Shown: piece by piece, positions 7,744-24,323 of the stretch | How the letters are laid out: each line of letters opens with the position of its first letter | How positions within the stretch are numbered: the stretch's first letter is position 1 | Origin: Planctomycetota bacterium | GTDB lineage: Bacteria > Planctomycetota > SZUA-567 > H5-PLA8 | Reading direction: 5' to 3' | Assembly (NCBI GenBank): GCA_045863855.1 | Contig: BTVV01000004.1 | Location: 5,353 to 69,352, forward strand | DNA length: 64,000 nucleotides | The notes under the pieces: model-generated | Told to the model about the DNA's origin: nothing | Seen by the model: only the letters and a program-made list of their open reading frames with translations | Database searches by the model: none | Made by a program: the position numbers and the translations under genes

Positions 7744-10700
7744 ATGGGCTTCCAAGGAAGCGTCGAAAGCTTCAGTCTGGCCGACGTCTTCCAGAACCTT
7801 GCCATGAATCAGCAGACTGGCACGCTGCGCATCGTGGCGCCGGACGGTAAAGAACGGCATATCTTCTTCGACGCCGGCCAAGTCAAAAATCTTTCCCGCG
7901 GCACGCAGATTCCCTTGGTTTTGGGCGAGATGCTGGTCGGACGCAGCATTTCCAGCCCTGAGCAGGTGGAAGAGGCGCTGGCGGCTCAGAAAGAGCGGCG
8001 CAAGCCCCTTGGCGAGTGCATGCTCGAGTTGGGCTTCCTCGACCGCGACCGTCTGGAAGCCGTCCTTAAACACCAGATCGGCGAAGAGTTGTACGAGCTC
8101 TTCGGGTGGGAAAAGGCGAACTTCGAGTTCACCGAAGGACCGGCCAATCCGCAACTTTTCGTGGACCGGGGCCTCGGTAGCCCTTCCTTGCCGATATCCA
8201 GTCTGATCATGGAAGCCGCGCGGCGGGTGGACGAAGTCGAACGCCTGCGCGAGCAGATCCCGTCTTTCAAAGAGATCTACGTCGTCGATAAGGATGTTCG
8301 CGAAGCGTTGGAAAGCGGGGCGCTGGAAACGGACGCCATCGAACGCCGCGTCATCACGCTGGTGGACGGCAAGCGCGACGTGGACGACCTGATCGCCGAC
8401 TCCTTCCTCTTTCGCTTCGAGGTGCTTTCGACGCTGGCCGGATTCCTGCAGTCCTCGCTGGTCCGGCCAGCGAAGCTGGAGGAGTTGCAAGCGGCCACGC
8501 CCGAACTGCGCGAGGCCGGCGACAAGGGCCGCCTGTGCAAGAACCTCGAGCGCCGTCTCGCGTTGGGCGACGACACCGGCGACGTGCGCCGCGAATTGGC
8601 CGACGTGCTGGCGGCTTCCGAACAGGCCGAAAAAGCCGCCATCCATTACAGCGTCCTGGCCGACGGGGAACAGAAGGCCGGCAACGAAGACGGGGCCGTC
8701 GATCTGTACCGCAAAATCCTGCAGGTGCTGCCGCACCACCTTCCTTCGCGCGAACGCCTGGGCACGATCTACGCGCGCCGTGGACAGCTGCGCGAGGCTA
8801 TGGTGCAGTTCCAGGAAGTGATTCAGGCGCACCAACGCGCTCAAAATTTCGCCTCGGCCCGCCGCGTGGCTCAGCAAGCTCTCGAAATCGAGCCGACCGC
8901 GCATGACATCCGACGCGAACTCGTCCAGATCCTGGTCGACGAAGGAGATAAGGCGGCCGCGGCGCGCGAATGCGAGGTGCTGGGCGATATGCTGGCCCGG
9001 CAGGGCCAGTCGCGGGAAGCCGCCGAATGCTACCGCCGCGCGATTCAGGTCATGCCCGGCTTGGCGCACCTGAAGAAGAAACTAGCCAATGTCATGCTCA
9101 CGCAGGAAGACCGGCGCGCGCGGACGAAGCGCACGCTGATCGTCACCGTCTCGGTACTGGCCGTCCTGGCGATCGGCGGCGCGCTGGGCCTGCGCGAGTT
9201 CAATTTATACACCACGTGGCAGCGCACGCGGGAACAGGTCAAGCTGCTCCAGGGCACGGCGGCCGAGTTCGAGGCCCAAGAGCGGTTTAAAGACGCCGCC
9301 GACAAATACGAAGATGCCATTCGCCGCATCGCATCCAGCGAGATGAAGGACACGTTCGCCCCCATCACACGGGTCAACGACGAGGCACGCGCGCTGCATA
9401 ATAAGCTCGAGAACGCGCGCAACGCGGCGGTGCAAAAGCACGACGTCATGGCGGCCAGCGAGCAGAAGAACAGCAAGGAAGTGCTCGATCAGGGCCGCGC
9501 GCTCTGGAAAGCCGACGATCTATTCGCCGCGATCGCGAAGTTCGACGAGGTGCTGAGCAACCAGTTCGCTCCCGAGGAAGTGCGCACGGAAGCGGCCGAG
9601 TTGAAGGAAAAGACCGAGGCCAAAGCGACCGATTACAAAGCCGGTATCGCGCGCATGAAGAAACCGCCGCGCGAGTCCTTCAATGGAGTCCAGGAAGAGT
9701 ACCGCTTCAAGCTGGCCTTCTTCGAGCGCTTCGGCAAGGTGCCCGAGCTGTCCAAGGAGAAGCTTGAGTTGCCGGTTCTGGTGACCCTCAAGAACGTGGA
9801 CCGTGTGCTGGTGTACAAGGACGGCACATTCCTGGGGCCGGCGAGCAAAGGCGCCGAGAATGTCTTTCGCTACGACCGCGCCGAAGCGAAGCGGTTCGAG
9901 TTCCGCAAAGAAGGGTACAAGACCGAGTTTCGGCTGGTTCGCGAAATGGACGTCGAAGCGACGGTCAGCTTGCAGCGCGAGCCGGCCTTCGTGGCGCGTC
10001 TGCCGGTGAAGCCTTCGGGCGGCGCCGTCTACGATGGCAAAGACATCTGGGTCGGCACCGTGGAAGGCGGACTCCTGCAACTCACCCCCGGCCCTAAGGG
10101 ACTGACCGCCGCATGGGAATTCAAGCTTCCGGGCGGAGGCGGGCTGGATAAGGAAGTTTTCGGCAACGTCGTCGTGCAAACCGTAGGCGGCAAGAAGTTG
10201 CTGCTCTATTCCACCAAGGCCGGCGACCGCGTCGCGGTGGAACCGGGTAACGAGAAGCCGGCGCTTTTCGGAAAATCGAAAGACCGCTCGGTGCTGGAGA
10301 CGCCCGCGCGCATCCAGCATCTACCTTTGGCCGGCGATCAGCTTTTCTTCCTCATCCCGCGCGACCGGCGCCTGGAAGGCTACCGCGCGGAGCAGGATAT
10401 TCCGCTCTGGTCACGCGGTAGCGAAGAGTTGCCGAAGGCCATCACCTGCGGGCCGCTGCTGATTCGCCAGGAAGAACTGCTCGTCGTCGGCTGTGCCGAC
10501 GGCAATCTGTACGGGTTGTCGCTGCGCGACGGCACGCGCCAGCGCGTATGGACCACGCGCGGTCAGGCCATCGCGGGCGGCCCCCTGCTGATTCGAAACC
10601 TGCTCGTCGCCTGCGGCCGCGAGGGCAGCGTCTTCTTCTTCGACCTCAAGGGCGGCGGGGAGCTGAACACCGAGTCCATCCCCGGCAGCGTATACGCAGA

Positions 10701-11034
10701 TCCGATCGTGCAGCGCCAGATGCTCTTCGTGGGCGCCTCGCTTCCCGACGGGTTGTTCGCGATCGATCTGGATACGCAGCGCCTGCGCTTCGCGTACACC
10801 GGCGAACAGATCGACGGAGGCATCACGACCACGCCGGCGGTGGTGGGCGATTTCGTTTACTACGGCACCGAACGCGGCCATTTTTACGCTTTGAAGTACG
10901 ACGGCCAAGGTTACGAACAGAAATGGGATTACCGTGCTCCCGATGGAGCGCGCATGGTGTGCAGTCCTGTGGCGATCGGAACGCGTGCCTTTTTCTTTTG
11001 CGCCGATGGCCGGGTCTACGTCTTCGACGACTAG
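7744..11034 (+). CDS. Multidomain membrane protein: DUF4388 (PatA-N-like) + degenerate MshEN/T2SSE_N-like module + TPR repeats + TM helix + PEGA-like domain + PQQ-like beta-propeller
   Basis: The N-terminus [26 protein letters not shown] is the DUF4388 signature. Tandem 24-residue MshEN-like motifs lie at aa 66-118 of the ORF. A TPR-like helical region spans about aa 300-460 and a TM helix is [20 protein letters not shown]. The PEGA-like segment is ..[21 protein letters not shown]... The C-terminal repeats are BamB/PQQ-like (..[19 protein letters not shown].., ..[15 protein letters not shown]..). The ORF track starts at TTG 7723 and the first ATG is 7744. Confidence 0.75.
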   Translation: MGFQGSVESFSLADVFQNLAMNQQTGTLRIVAPDGKERHIFFDAGQVKNLSRGTQIPLVLGEMLVGRSISSPEQVEEALAAQKERRKPLGECMLELGFLDRDRLEAVLKHQIGEELYELFGWEKANFEFTEGPANPQLFVDRGLGSPSLPISSLIMEAARRVDEVERLREQIPSFKEIYVVDKDVREALESGALETDAIERRVITLVDGKRDVDDLIADSFLFRFEVLSTLAGFLQSSLVRPAKLEELQAATPELREAGDKGRLCKNLERRLALGDDTGDVRRELADVLAASEQAEKAAIHYSVLADGEQKAGNEDGAVDLYRKILQVLPHHLPSRERLGTIYARRGQLREAMVQFQEVIQAHQRAQNFASARRVAQQALEIEPTAHDIRRELVQILVDEGDKAAAARECEVLGDMLARQGQSREAAECYRRAIQVMPGLAHLKKKLANVMLTQEDRRARTKRTLIVTVSVLAVLAIGGALGLREFNLYTTWQRTREQVKLLQGTAAEFEAQERFKDAADKYEDAIRRIASSEMKDTFAPITRVNDEARALHNKLENARNAAVQKHDVMAASEQKNSKEVLDQGRALWKADDLFAAIAKFDEVLSNQFAPEEVRTEAAELKEKTEAKATDYKAGIARMKKPPRESFNGVQEEYRFKLAFFERFGKVPELSKEKLELPVLVTLKNVDRVLVYKDGTFLGPASKGAENVFRYDRAEAKRFEFRKEGYKTEFRLVREMDVEATVSLQREPAFVARLPVKPSGGAVYDGKDIWVGTVEGGLLQLTPGPKGLTAAWEFKLPGGGGLDKEVFGNVVVQTVGGKKLLLYSTKAGDRVAVEPGNEKPALFGKSKDRSVLETPARIQHLPLAGDQLFFLIPRDRRLEGYRAEQDIPLWSRGSEELPKAITCGPLLIRQEELLVVGCADGNLYGLSLRDGTRQRVWTTRGQAIAGGPLLIRNLLVACGREGSVFFFDLKGGGELNTESIPGSVYADPIVQRQMLFVGASLPDGLFAIDLDTQRLRFAYTGEQIDGGITTTPAVVGDFVYYGTERGHFYALKYDGQGYEQKWDYRAPDGARMVCSPVAIGTRAFFFCADGRVYVFDD

Positions 11035-11061
11035 GATCGATTGATAAAGGAGTTGGATTTC

Positions 11062-11580
11062 ATGTCCGCAGCGCCCCGTGTCATCGTGGTAATGGGTTCC
11101 GACAGCGACCTGCCCACCATGCGAACCTGCCTGGACGTGCTGACCAAGTTCGGCCTGCCTTGGGAAGTGCGGGTCTGTTCGGCCCATCGTACGCCTGAAG
11201 AAGCCGTGAAGCTCTCGCGCGAAGCCCGCGGCCGTGGCATCCAGGCGATCATCGCCGCGGCGGGCGGCGCAGCGCATCTGGCCGGCGTGTTGGCCGCGCA
11301 TACGACGCTTCCCGTGATCGGCGTGCCCATCAACAGCACACCACTCAACGGGGTCGACGCCTTATACGCGACCGTCCAGATGCCCCCGGGCATTCCGGTC
11401 GCCACCGTGGCCATCGGCGAATTCGGCGCCTACAACGCGGCGGTCTTGGCCGCCCAGATCGTCGGCGTAGCCGACGAAGATATGCAGAGCCGCCTGTCCG
11501 AGTTCAAGCGCGACATGGAAGCCAAGGTGCGCCAAAAGGATGTGCAGCTCCAAGAGAAGGTAAAATCCAGCGCACCTTGA
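11062..11580 (+). CDS. purE: N5-carboxyaminoimidazole ribonucleotide mutase
   Basis: [12 protein letters not shown] and [24 protein letters not shown] are PurE hallmarks. ATG 11062 is preceded by AAGGAG (11047-11052). The ORF track starts at TTG 11041. Confidence 0.93.
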   Translation: MSAAPRVIVVMGSDSDLPTMRTCLDVLTKFGLPWEVRVCSAHRTPEEAVKLSREARGRGIQAIIAAAGGAAHLAGVLAAHTTLPVIGVPINSTPLNGVDALYATVQMPPGIPVATVAIGEFGAYNAAVLAAQIVGVADEDMQSRLSEFKRDMEAKVRQKDVQLQEKVKSSAP

Positions 11581-11699
11581 GTGCTTTGACTGCCACGGAA
11601 CCGGCCTCCTGGGGTAATTAGTAACGTGTTGTCCCGTCACGGGTTGTGCTCCCGTGCGGCACACGTGCGGGAGCCGGGTTCTCAGCCGGGGGCGGGTGG

Positions 11700-14870
<3,171 letters not shown>

Positions 14871-14904
14871 CCCGCGGCGACTCGGCGCGACCGGCACGCA
14901 CCCC

Positions 14905-15786
14905 CTACTCCGCCAGAAGCTTCGTAAAATAGCGTCCCTGCGCGACCACGTACTTCAGCATGGTATCGAAGAGCGGTTCGGGAACGGACTGGAACGGTTT
15001 GCCCAGTTCGAAGGTCCAGGCGCCCTCGAAGCCCGCTTCTTTCAGGCCATCGAGCACGGCGTTCCAGTCGACGCCCTGCTTGCCGAACGAAAACGGAAAC
15101 TGGTGGTCGTCGCCCAAGCCGTCGTTCTCGTGGAAGTGAGTGACTTTCAGCCGCGCGCCCAGCGCCCGAAGTGCGGCGCGCTGGTCGAGTTGCATTAAGC
15201 GCGCATGGCCGGTGTCCCAGCAGGCGCCGACGAGGGGGTGCTTGATCGTGTCGATCAGTTCGCAGAGTTCGTCCGGCACCGCGGCGAAATACCGCGGACA
15301 GCCGCGTTTCTCGGCGGCGCTGTCGAAGATGTTCTCGAGCGCCAGGCCCACTCCGTAGCGCTCGCACGCCGGTAGCAGCCCGCGGAAAAACTCGACGTTG
15401 CGCTTCAGCACTTCCTTTCGATGCGTCGCGTCGTACGCGCCGGGAAAAACATCGGGGTGCAGGACCATCCAAGGCACGCCCAGCCGTCCGCACGCACGCA
15501 AGGCCGGTTCGCACAGCGCGCGGCGCTGCGGATGCGGGTCTTCCGCACCGAACATCTGGAACATCGGCCCGTGGGCCTGGACCCAAGCGAGGTCCGCGTT
15601 GCCGGCGGCGCGGCCTAACTGATCGACGAACGCATCGGCCGTACGCTCGTGGTGCCAGTCGAGCTGCGTCAGCAGATCCGCGAAGTTAAAGTCGATCCCG
15701 TCGAATCCGGCGGCCGCCAGACGCCCCAGGTGCGACGCGGCGGGGAAACGGTTGCCGAATACATTGAGCGAAGTAGCGATACGCAT
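14905..15786 (-). CDS. Sugar phosphate isomerase/epimerase (xylose isomerase-like TIM barrel) family protein
   Basis: The length and motifs are typical of the family: ..GFDGIDFNF.., CWDTGHA and THFHENDG (metal-binding His/Glu/Asp pattern). Confidence 0.75.
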   Translation of the reverse strand: MRIATSLNVFGNRFPAASHLGRLAAAGFDGIDFNFADLLTQLDWHHERTADAFVDQLGRAAGNADLAWVQAHGPMFQMFGAEDPHPQRRALCEPALRACGRLGVPWMVLHPDVFPGAYDATHRKEVLKRNVEFFRGLLPACERYGVGLALENIFDSAAEKRGCPRYFAAVPDELCELIDTIKHPLVGACWDTGHARLMQLDQRAALRALGARLKVTHFHENDGLGDDHQFPFSFGKQGVDWNAVLDGLKEAGFEGAWTFELGKPFQSVPEPLFDTMLKYVVAQGRYFTKLLAE

Positions 15787-16111
15787 GCGGATCTCCGAGG
15801 CATGAGCGCTTCTGCTCCATCAAATTACACGAACGCGCTCCGATTCGGCAGACTGGATGCCTTGAGAGTCGGGCGCACTTGTGAACCTCATTCCTCTCAC
15901 CAACCTAAACTCAATGGCCGCAAGGTGCCGCAGTGGAACGTCCTTTCCGACGCGGGTCGGATAGGAGTCACCGCGAGCCCGCGATGAGCGTCTAAGGATT
16001 GCGACGCTTTATCGAGAGATGGCCTGTGTTGCCTTAACCCTTTGTGCGGGATATGGTTGCAAGGCGCCTGCGCCCATCGAGGCCGATCCGGAAAGGAGGT
16101 CCGTGAACGCC

Positions 16112-20032
<3,921 letters not shown>

Positions 20033-20043
20033 AGGAAGCAGGC

Positions 20044-20469
20044 ATGAAAATCAGCGAAATCATGCGCGCGCCGGCGAAGACGATCAGTCCCGAAGCGGGC
20101 CTGGATCGCGCCTTGGTCATGATGCGGCAGCAGCGCATTCGGCATTTGCCCGTGGTGGAAAACGGGCAGCTCGTGGGGTTGATCACCGACCGCGACCTGC
20201 GGCTCTCGATGGTAGAATCCGAAGGCCCCGAGAAACATCCGCCCGGCATGTACTTACCCGCGCTAACCAAGGTGCGGACGGTTATGATCCAAGACGTGCT
20301 GGTGACCTACCCGGAAGATCCCGTGCCGGAAAAGGCTCAATTGATGGCCGAGAAAAAGATCGGCTGCTTACCGGTGCTGGAACCCGGAAGCCGGAAGGTC
20401 ATCGGCATTGTGACCGAAACCGACCTGCTGAAGTTCCTCGCCCGGTTGCTGAAGGAGAAGGCGTACTGA
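20044..20469 (+). CDS. CBS-domain pair protein
   Basis: MKISEIM..ISPEAGLDRALVMMRQQRIRHLPVVENGQLVGLITDRDL, plus a second CBS repeat ..KIGCLPVLE..KVIGIVTETDLL. The ORF track starts at 20029, overlapping the kinase stop. ATG 20044 gives the typical MK(I/V)S(E/D)IM N-terminus. Confidence 0.85.
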   Translation: MKISEIMRAPAKTISPEAGLDRALVMMRQQRIRHLPVVENGQLVGLITDRDLRLSMVESEGPEKHPPGMYLPALTKVRTVMIQDVLVTYPEDPVPEKAQLMAEKKIGCLPVLEPGSRKVIGIVTETDLLKFLARLLKEKAY

Positions 20470-20474
20470 ACCCC

Positions 20475-22097
20475 ATGGAACCCACCGCCGCCGCCGAAGA
20501 AGCCGCGGCCCCGGCCGCCGAAGTACTCGCGGCCCGATTCGACGACCTGAACCTCTCCGAACCGCTCCTGCGAAATCTGCGCGAAGCCGGGTACGAGAAG
20601 CCGACGCCGATCCAGGCCAAGGTGATCCCGCTGGCCCTGGATGGGCGGGACGTACTCGGACAAGCTCAGACGGGCACGGGCAAGACCGCTTCGTTTCTGC
20701 TCCCGATCTTCGACCGCCTGAAGCCCGGCCAAGGCAACCCCGGCGCGCTGATTCTCGCGCCGACGCGCGAACTGGCGATGCAGATTCAGGATCACGTCCA
20801 GAGCCTCGGAACCAATCTTGGCTTAAGTTCGGTGACGCTCTACGGCGGAAGCAGTTATGACCCGCAGATCGCAGCACTGCAGCGCGGCGTCGACTTGGTG
20901 GTCGGCACGCCAGGCCGCGTGATGGACCACATGCGCGCGCGCCGTCTGGATCTGGGCGGCGTGAAGTTCGCGGTGCTCGACGAGGCCGACCGGATGCTCG
21001 ACTTGGGCTTCCGCAAGGATATCGAATACATCCTGCGCCATTGCCCAGTGGAACGGCAGACCCTGCTGCTCTCGGCCACCTTCCCCGACGAGATCCAGAA
21101 GCTGGGCCGGCGCTTCATGCGCGATCCGATCCACATCGGCGTGGATCCCGAACGGCTCACGGTGGACCAAATCGAACAGTTCTACGTAGCCGTGGAAGAC
21201 GAACAGAAATGGGCGGCGCTGCTGAAGCTGCTGGACGTCGAACGCCCGGCGTTGGCGATCATCTTCTGCAACACCAAGCATGCCGCCAAGAAGCTCGCGG
21301 CGCGGCTGAAGGCCATCGGCATCGCGGCGCGCGAGATTCACGGCGATCTGGTGCAGAAGAAGCGCGAGAAGATCATGGCCGGCTTCCGCAGCGGCAAGGT
21401 GCTGCTGCTTGTTGCTACCGACGTGGCCAGCCGCGGCATCGACGTGACGGACATCTCGCACATCATCAACTACAACGTGCCGTTCAAGATCGAGGATTAC
21501 GTTCACCGCATCGGGCGCACGGGGCGCATCGGAAAGAGCGGCAAGGCGTTTACGCTCGTCAATCGCGAGGAAGCGCGCTTCCTGACCGAGATCGAAATTC
21601 TGATCAACCGCGAGCTGACGCCGGTGAGCTTCCCCACGCTGGAAAGCATTTTCTGGCCCAAGCCGCCCACCGATATCCCGCCCGAGTTCAGAACCGAAGA
21701 CCAGGACAGCGAAGTGGGTCAGGACGATTACATCGAAGATAACGATCGCGGCGGCGGCGGAGGGGGCGGCGGAGGCCGCTTTGGCCGGCGCGGCGGTGGA
21801 GGGGGCGGTCGAGGAGGCGGTGGGCGTGGCGGCGGGGGCGGCGGACGAGGTCGCGGCGGCCACGGCGGCGGACGACGAGACCACGGTCCGCGCGAACAAG
21901 CAGCGCCCGCACAGACTCCGGCGCCGGAAGTCTCGGCAAGTGCAACAGACACGGGGCCCAGCGCGAGCGGTGGCACGGGAGGCGCGGACGGCGAGCAGAA
22001 GCGCCGCCGGCGCAGACGCGGACGGCGTGGCAAAGGCGGAGGTTCGACGCCGGGCGGAGCGCCCAGCGAAGCCGCACCGCCTCAGGAAGCTCAATAG
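20475..22097 (+). CDS. DEAD-box ATP-dependent RNA helicase with a C-terminal Gly/Arg-rich (RGG) tail
   Basis: Helicase motifs present are the Q-motif (F..GYEKPTPIQ), AQTGTGKT, PTRELA, DEAD, SAT and HRIGRTGR. The C-terminal roughly 120 aa are Gly/Arg-rich. Confidence 0.93.
   Translation: MEPTAAAEEAAAPAAEVLAARFDDLNLSEPLLRNLREAGYEKPTPIQAKVIPLALDGRDVLGQAQTGTGKTASFLLPIFDRLKPGQGNPGALILAPTRELAMQIQDHVQSLGTNLGLSSVTLYGGSSYDPQIAALQRGVDLVVGTPGRVMDHMRARRLDLGGVKFAVLDEADRMLDLGFRKDIEYILRHCPVERQTLLLSATFPDEIQKLGRRFMRDPIHIGVDPERLTVDQIEQFYVAVEDEQKWAALLKLLDVERPALAIIFCNTKHAAKKLAARLKAIGIAAREIHGDLVQKKREKIMAGFRSGKVLLLVATDVASRGIDVTDISHIINYNVPFKIEDYVHRIGRTGRIGKSGKAFTLVNREEARFLTEIEILINRELTPVSFPTLESIFWPKPPTDIPPEFRTEDQDSEVGQDDYIEDNDRGGGGGGGGGRFGRRGGGGGGRGGGGRGGGGGGRGRGGHGGGRRDHGPREQAAPAQTPAPEVSASATDTGPSASGGTGGADGEQKRRRRRRGRRGKGGGSTPGGAPSEAAPPQEAQ
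21745..21885 (+). repeat. Gly/Arg-rich (RGG-type) low-complexity coding tract in the helicase C-terminus
   Basis: The translation reads RGGGGGGGGGRFGRRGGGGGGRGGGGRGGGGGGRGRGGHGGGRR, encoded by a ggc/gga/cgn-rich run. Confidence 0.9.
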
Positions 22098-22260
22098 ACG
22101 AAGCGGTGCTCTAGAGGGAAAGGGCGCTCGACGCGCGAGCGGGGGCGCCAAAATATCGCAAGCAGGGGCTTGCTCCCACACGGGGGCGATCACGTATACT
22201 GTAGCCGGCATCCGCGCACCATCGGGTGCGCCCTCTATGATGGCATGAAGGCGAATACTT

Positions 22261-22614
22261 ATGGAAGCCACCCAGCCAGAACGCAACCCCGACGACAAAC
22301 TCATTCACTGCACGGACTGCGGGAAAGACTTTCTCTTTACCGCGGGCGAGCAGCGCTACTACGAACAGCGCGGGTTTAATCCTCCGCGGCGTTGCAAGGA
22401 TTGCCGCGATAAGCGCAAGTCGGAGAAGGATTCCGGCCGGCAATCCGGCGCGGGCGTGGATTCGAAACGCGAGATGTTCCGCGTGATCTGTGCGTCGTGC
22501 GGCGTCGAGACGAGCGTGCCGTTCAAGCCCGATCCCAGCCGCCCCGTCTTCTGCCAGCGCTGCTATCTGCAGAGCCGCGAAGACAAGGCGGGCGGGCGCA
22601 CGCGCAGCGAATAG
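22261..22614 (+). CDS. Zinc-ribbon protein (zf-trcl-like CxxC...CxxC N-terminal module plus a second CxxC-x17-CxxC module)
   Basis: The first module is HCTDCGKDFLFTAGEQRYYEQRGFNPPRRCKDCR and the second is ICASCGVETSVPFKPDPSRPVFCQRC. This is the pattern I associate with the 'probable zinc-ribbon' proteins often found near RNA-metabolism genes. Confidence 0.75.
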   Translation: MEATQPERNPDDKLIHCTDCGKDFLFTAGEQRYYEQRGFNPPRRCKDCRDKRKSEKDSGRQSGAGVDSKREMFRVICASCGVETSVPFKPDPSRPVFCQRCYLQSREDKAGGRTRSE

Positions 22615-22648
22615 CGCCTCGGCATGCGCGCGGCGTGCGATCCCAACC

Positions 22649-23737
22649 TCAACGTGTATTGGCGCGGACGTGGACGATATCGGCGTCCTGGACCACGTAT
22701 TCCTTGCCTTCGAGCCTGAATTTTCCGGCGGCTTTGACGGCCTTCTCGTCGCCCGCGGCGATGAGATCGTCGTAGGAAAAGACCTCGGCGCGAATGAAAC
22801 CCTTGGAGAGATCCGTATGGATCTTTCCGGCGGCTACGACGGCGGTATCGCCGCGCTGGATCGTCCAGGCGCGGACTTCGTCTTCGCCGACGGTGAAGAA
22901 CCCGATCGCGCCCAAGGCCGCGTAGGCCTGCCGGGCAAGCTTCGCCGAAGCCGCTTCCTTAATGCCCATGTCCGCCAGGAAGACGGCGCGCTCGGCCTCC
23001 GGCAACTGGCCGATCTCCATCTCCAGCTTCGCGCACAGCGCCACCGAACCGGGGTGCTTCGCCTCGAGTTCTTCTCCCTTGCCGCCGGGACCTAAATCGC
23101 CTTCGCCCACGTTGAAGACGACGACCTGCTCCTTGTCGGTCAGGAACTGGAACGCGTCGACGTGTTTCTGTTCGTCCTCGTTGGCCGGCTTGAACTGGCG
23201 CACGGGCTTGCCGTCCTCGAGCAGCGCGAGCACCTTCTCCAGCGTCGCGAGTTCTTTCTTATCCTGTTCCTGGGTCTTGGTCGGCTTGGTGGCCTGCACG
23301 CGGAGCTTCTCGACACGCGTGGTGGTTTGGGCCAAGTCGGCGAAGAGCAGTTCGCTGTCGATCTCGCCGAAGTCGCGCAGCGGATCGACGCTTTCGAGCA
23401 CATGCGGTACGTCGTCGCTCTCGAAGGCGCGGACGATCTGGACGATGGCGTCGACCTCGCGGAGCTTGCCGAGGAGTTCGCCCTTGATCTCCTTCCCGCC
23501 GCCGCCGGTACCGCTGATCAGGCCGGTGAAATCGAGGCAGTCGACAACGGCCGGCTTGAAGCTCTTGGGCTTGTACATGTCGCGGAGCTTCCACAGCCGC
23601 GCGTCGGGGACGGTCATGATCCCAAGATGCTGCCCAGGCTGGTTGCTGTACTGCCCCACGGGCTGCGCGCCGCCGGTGACGGCGTTAAAGAGGCTGGTCT
23701 TACCCGAGGCCGGAAAACCGATGATGCCAAGCTTCAC
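22649..23737 (-). CDS. ychF: Ribosome-binding ATPase YchF (Obg-like)
   Basis: The P-loop is GIIGFPASGKTSLFNAVTG. A central coiled insertion and the C-terminal YchF/TGS-like block (..FFTVGEDEVRAWTI..GKIHTDLSKGFIRAEV..) are present. Confidence 0.9.
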   Translation of the reverse strand: MKLGIIGFPASGKTSLFNAVTGGAQPVGQYSNQPGQHLGIMTVPDARLWKLRDMYKPKSFKPAVVDCLDFTGLISGTGGGGKEIKGELLGKLREVDAIVQIVRAFESDDVPHVLESVDPLRDFGEIDSELLFADLAQTTTRVEKLRVQATKPTKTQEQDKKELATLEKVLALLEDGKPVRQFKPANEDEQKHVDAFQFLTDKEQVVVFNVGEGDLGPGGKGEELEAKHPGSVALCAKLEMEIGQLPEAERAVFLADMGIKEAASAKLARQAYAALGAIGFFTVGEDEVRAWTIQRGDTAVVAAGKIHTDLSKGFIRAEVFSYDDLIAAGDEKAVKAAGKFRLEGKEYVVQDADIVHVRANTR

Positions 23738-23893
23738 GAATCTTCTCCGATGGTTTGCCCAAGAACCTTCCTATTGTGCGACTCCGGCGCGCAGATGCAA
23801 CTGAGGTGGCGAGGTGCATTTACAAACGCTTGACTGTACTGCAGCGGGGAGGTCGCGGCAGGCTGAGTAAATCCGAGAGCAAAGGCGCCCCCC

Positions 23894-24313
23894 ATGATGA
23901 CCGCCTCCCTTACCTCAATGGCCTGCGGATTTTGCAACGGGTACCTGAGTTTTTTCCTGATGCCGGCTCTGCCCGCATGGGGAACCGTGTTTATCTTGTG
24001 GTGCCTGTTGTGCTGCAAGTACGCGGAGCCCGGAAGGAGTCTTGCTTGGGGCTGGTTGCTGGCAGCACCTTTCGTATTGGTCGTAGGCGCATTGGTATCG
24101 ACTGAAGTGTGGAGCTTTTTCCTTATCGCCTGGACCGTGGTGGTCTTCAGACGGCTCAGGCTGTGTAAGACGCAGGTGCATACGCTTATTTGCGATAAGT
24201 CGATCCAAAGGCGCTGGTGCTTCGCGGAGCGATTTCACCGAACCATCTTGTGGTTGCTCTTGGGCGGAATCGCCGGATCGGGCATGCGGTATTACGTGTT
24301 CCCACCCTTTTGA
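23894..24313 (+). CDS. Hypothetical Cys/Trp-rich membrane protein (about 4 predicted TM segments) in a compositionally atypical patch
   Basis: This is the only ORF filling a 580-bp gap. Its segments are hydrophobic and it has no family signature. GC is lower than in the neighbours and there is no strong GC3 bias, so coding status is uncertain. Confidence 0.3.
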   Translation: MMTASLTSMACGFCNGYLSFFLMPALPAWGTVFILWCLLCCKYAEPGRSLAWGWLLAAPFVLVVGALVSTEVWSFFLIAWTVVVFRRLRLCKTQVHTLICDKSIQRRWCFAERFHRTILWLLLGGIAGSGMRYYVFPPF

Positions 24314-24323
24314 CTGCAATTCC

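Noticed and set aside
7708-9069. A 453-aa ORF antisense to the DUF4388/TPR gene. Similar long antisense or off-frame ORFs lie inside the giant genes (e.g. 44784..45917, 45990..46808, 51359..52357, 59648..60793, 29663..30853)
   Set aside because: The same reasoning applies. These are high-GC shadow ORFs lacking motifs, and each is overlapped by an ORF with strong signatures or operon context.
16019-16111. A lipoprotein-like N-terminal extension of kinase 2 (MACVALTLCAGYGC...)
   Set aside because: A lipobox on a protein whose next domain is a cytoplasmic kinase is implausible. AAGGAGG at 16093-16099 points to a downstream start.
22150-22231. Two GC-rich hairpins considered as the rho-independent terminator of the helicase gene
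   Set aside because: Neither is followed by a T-run. They are kept only as a possible structured leader in a low-interest finding.
20823-22304. A 493-aa ORF antisense to the DEAD-box helicase
   Set aside because: This is a shadow of a gene with all helicase motifs. Part of it mirrors the RGG-tail low complexity, read as Pro/Ala runs.
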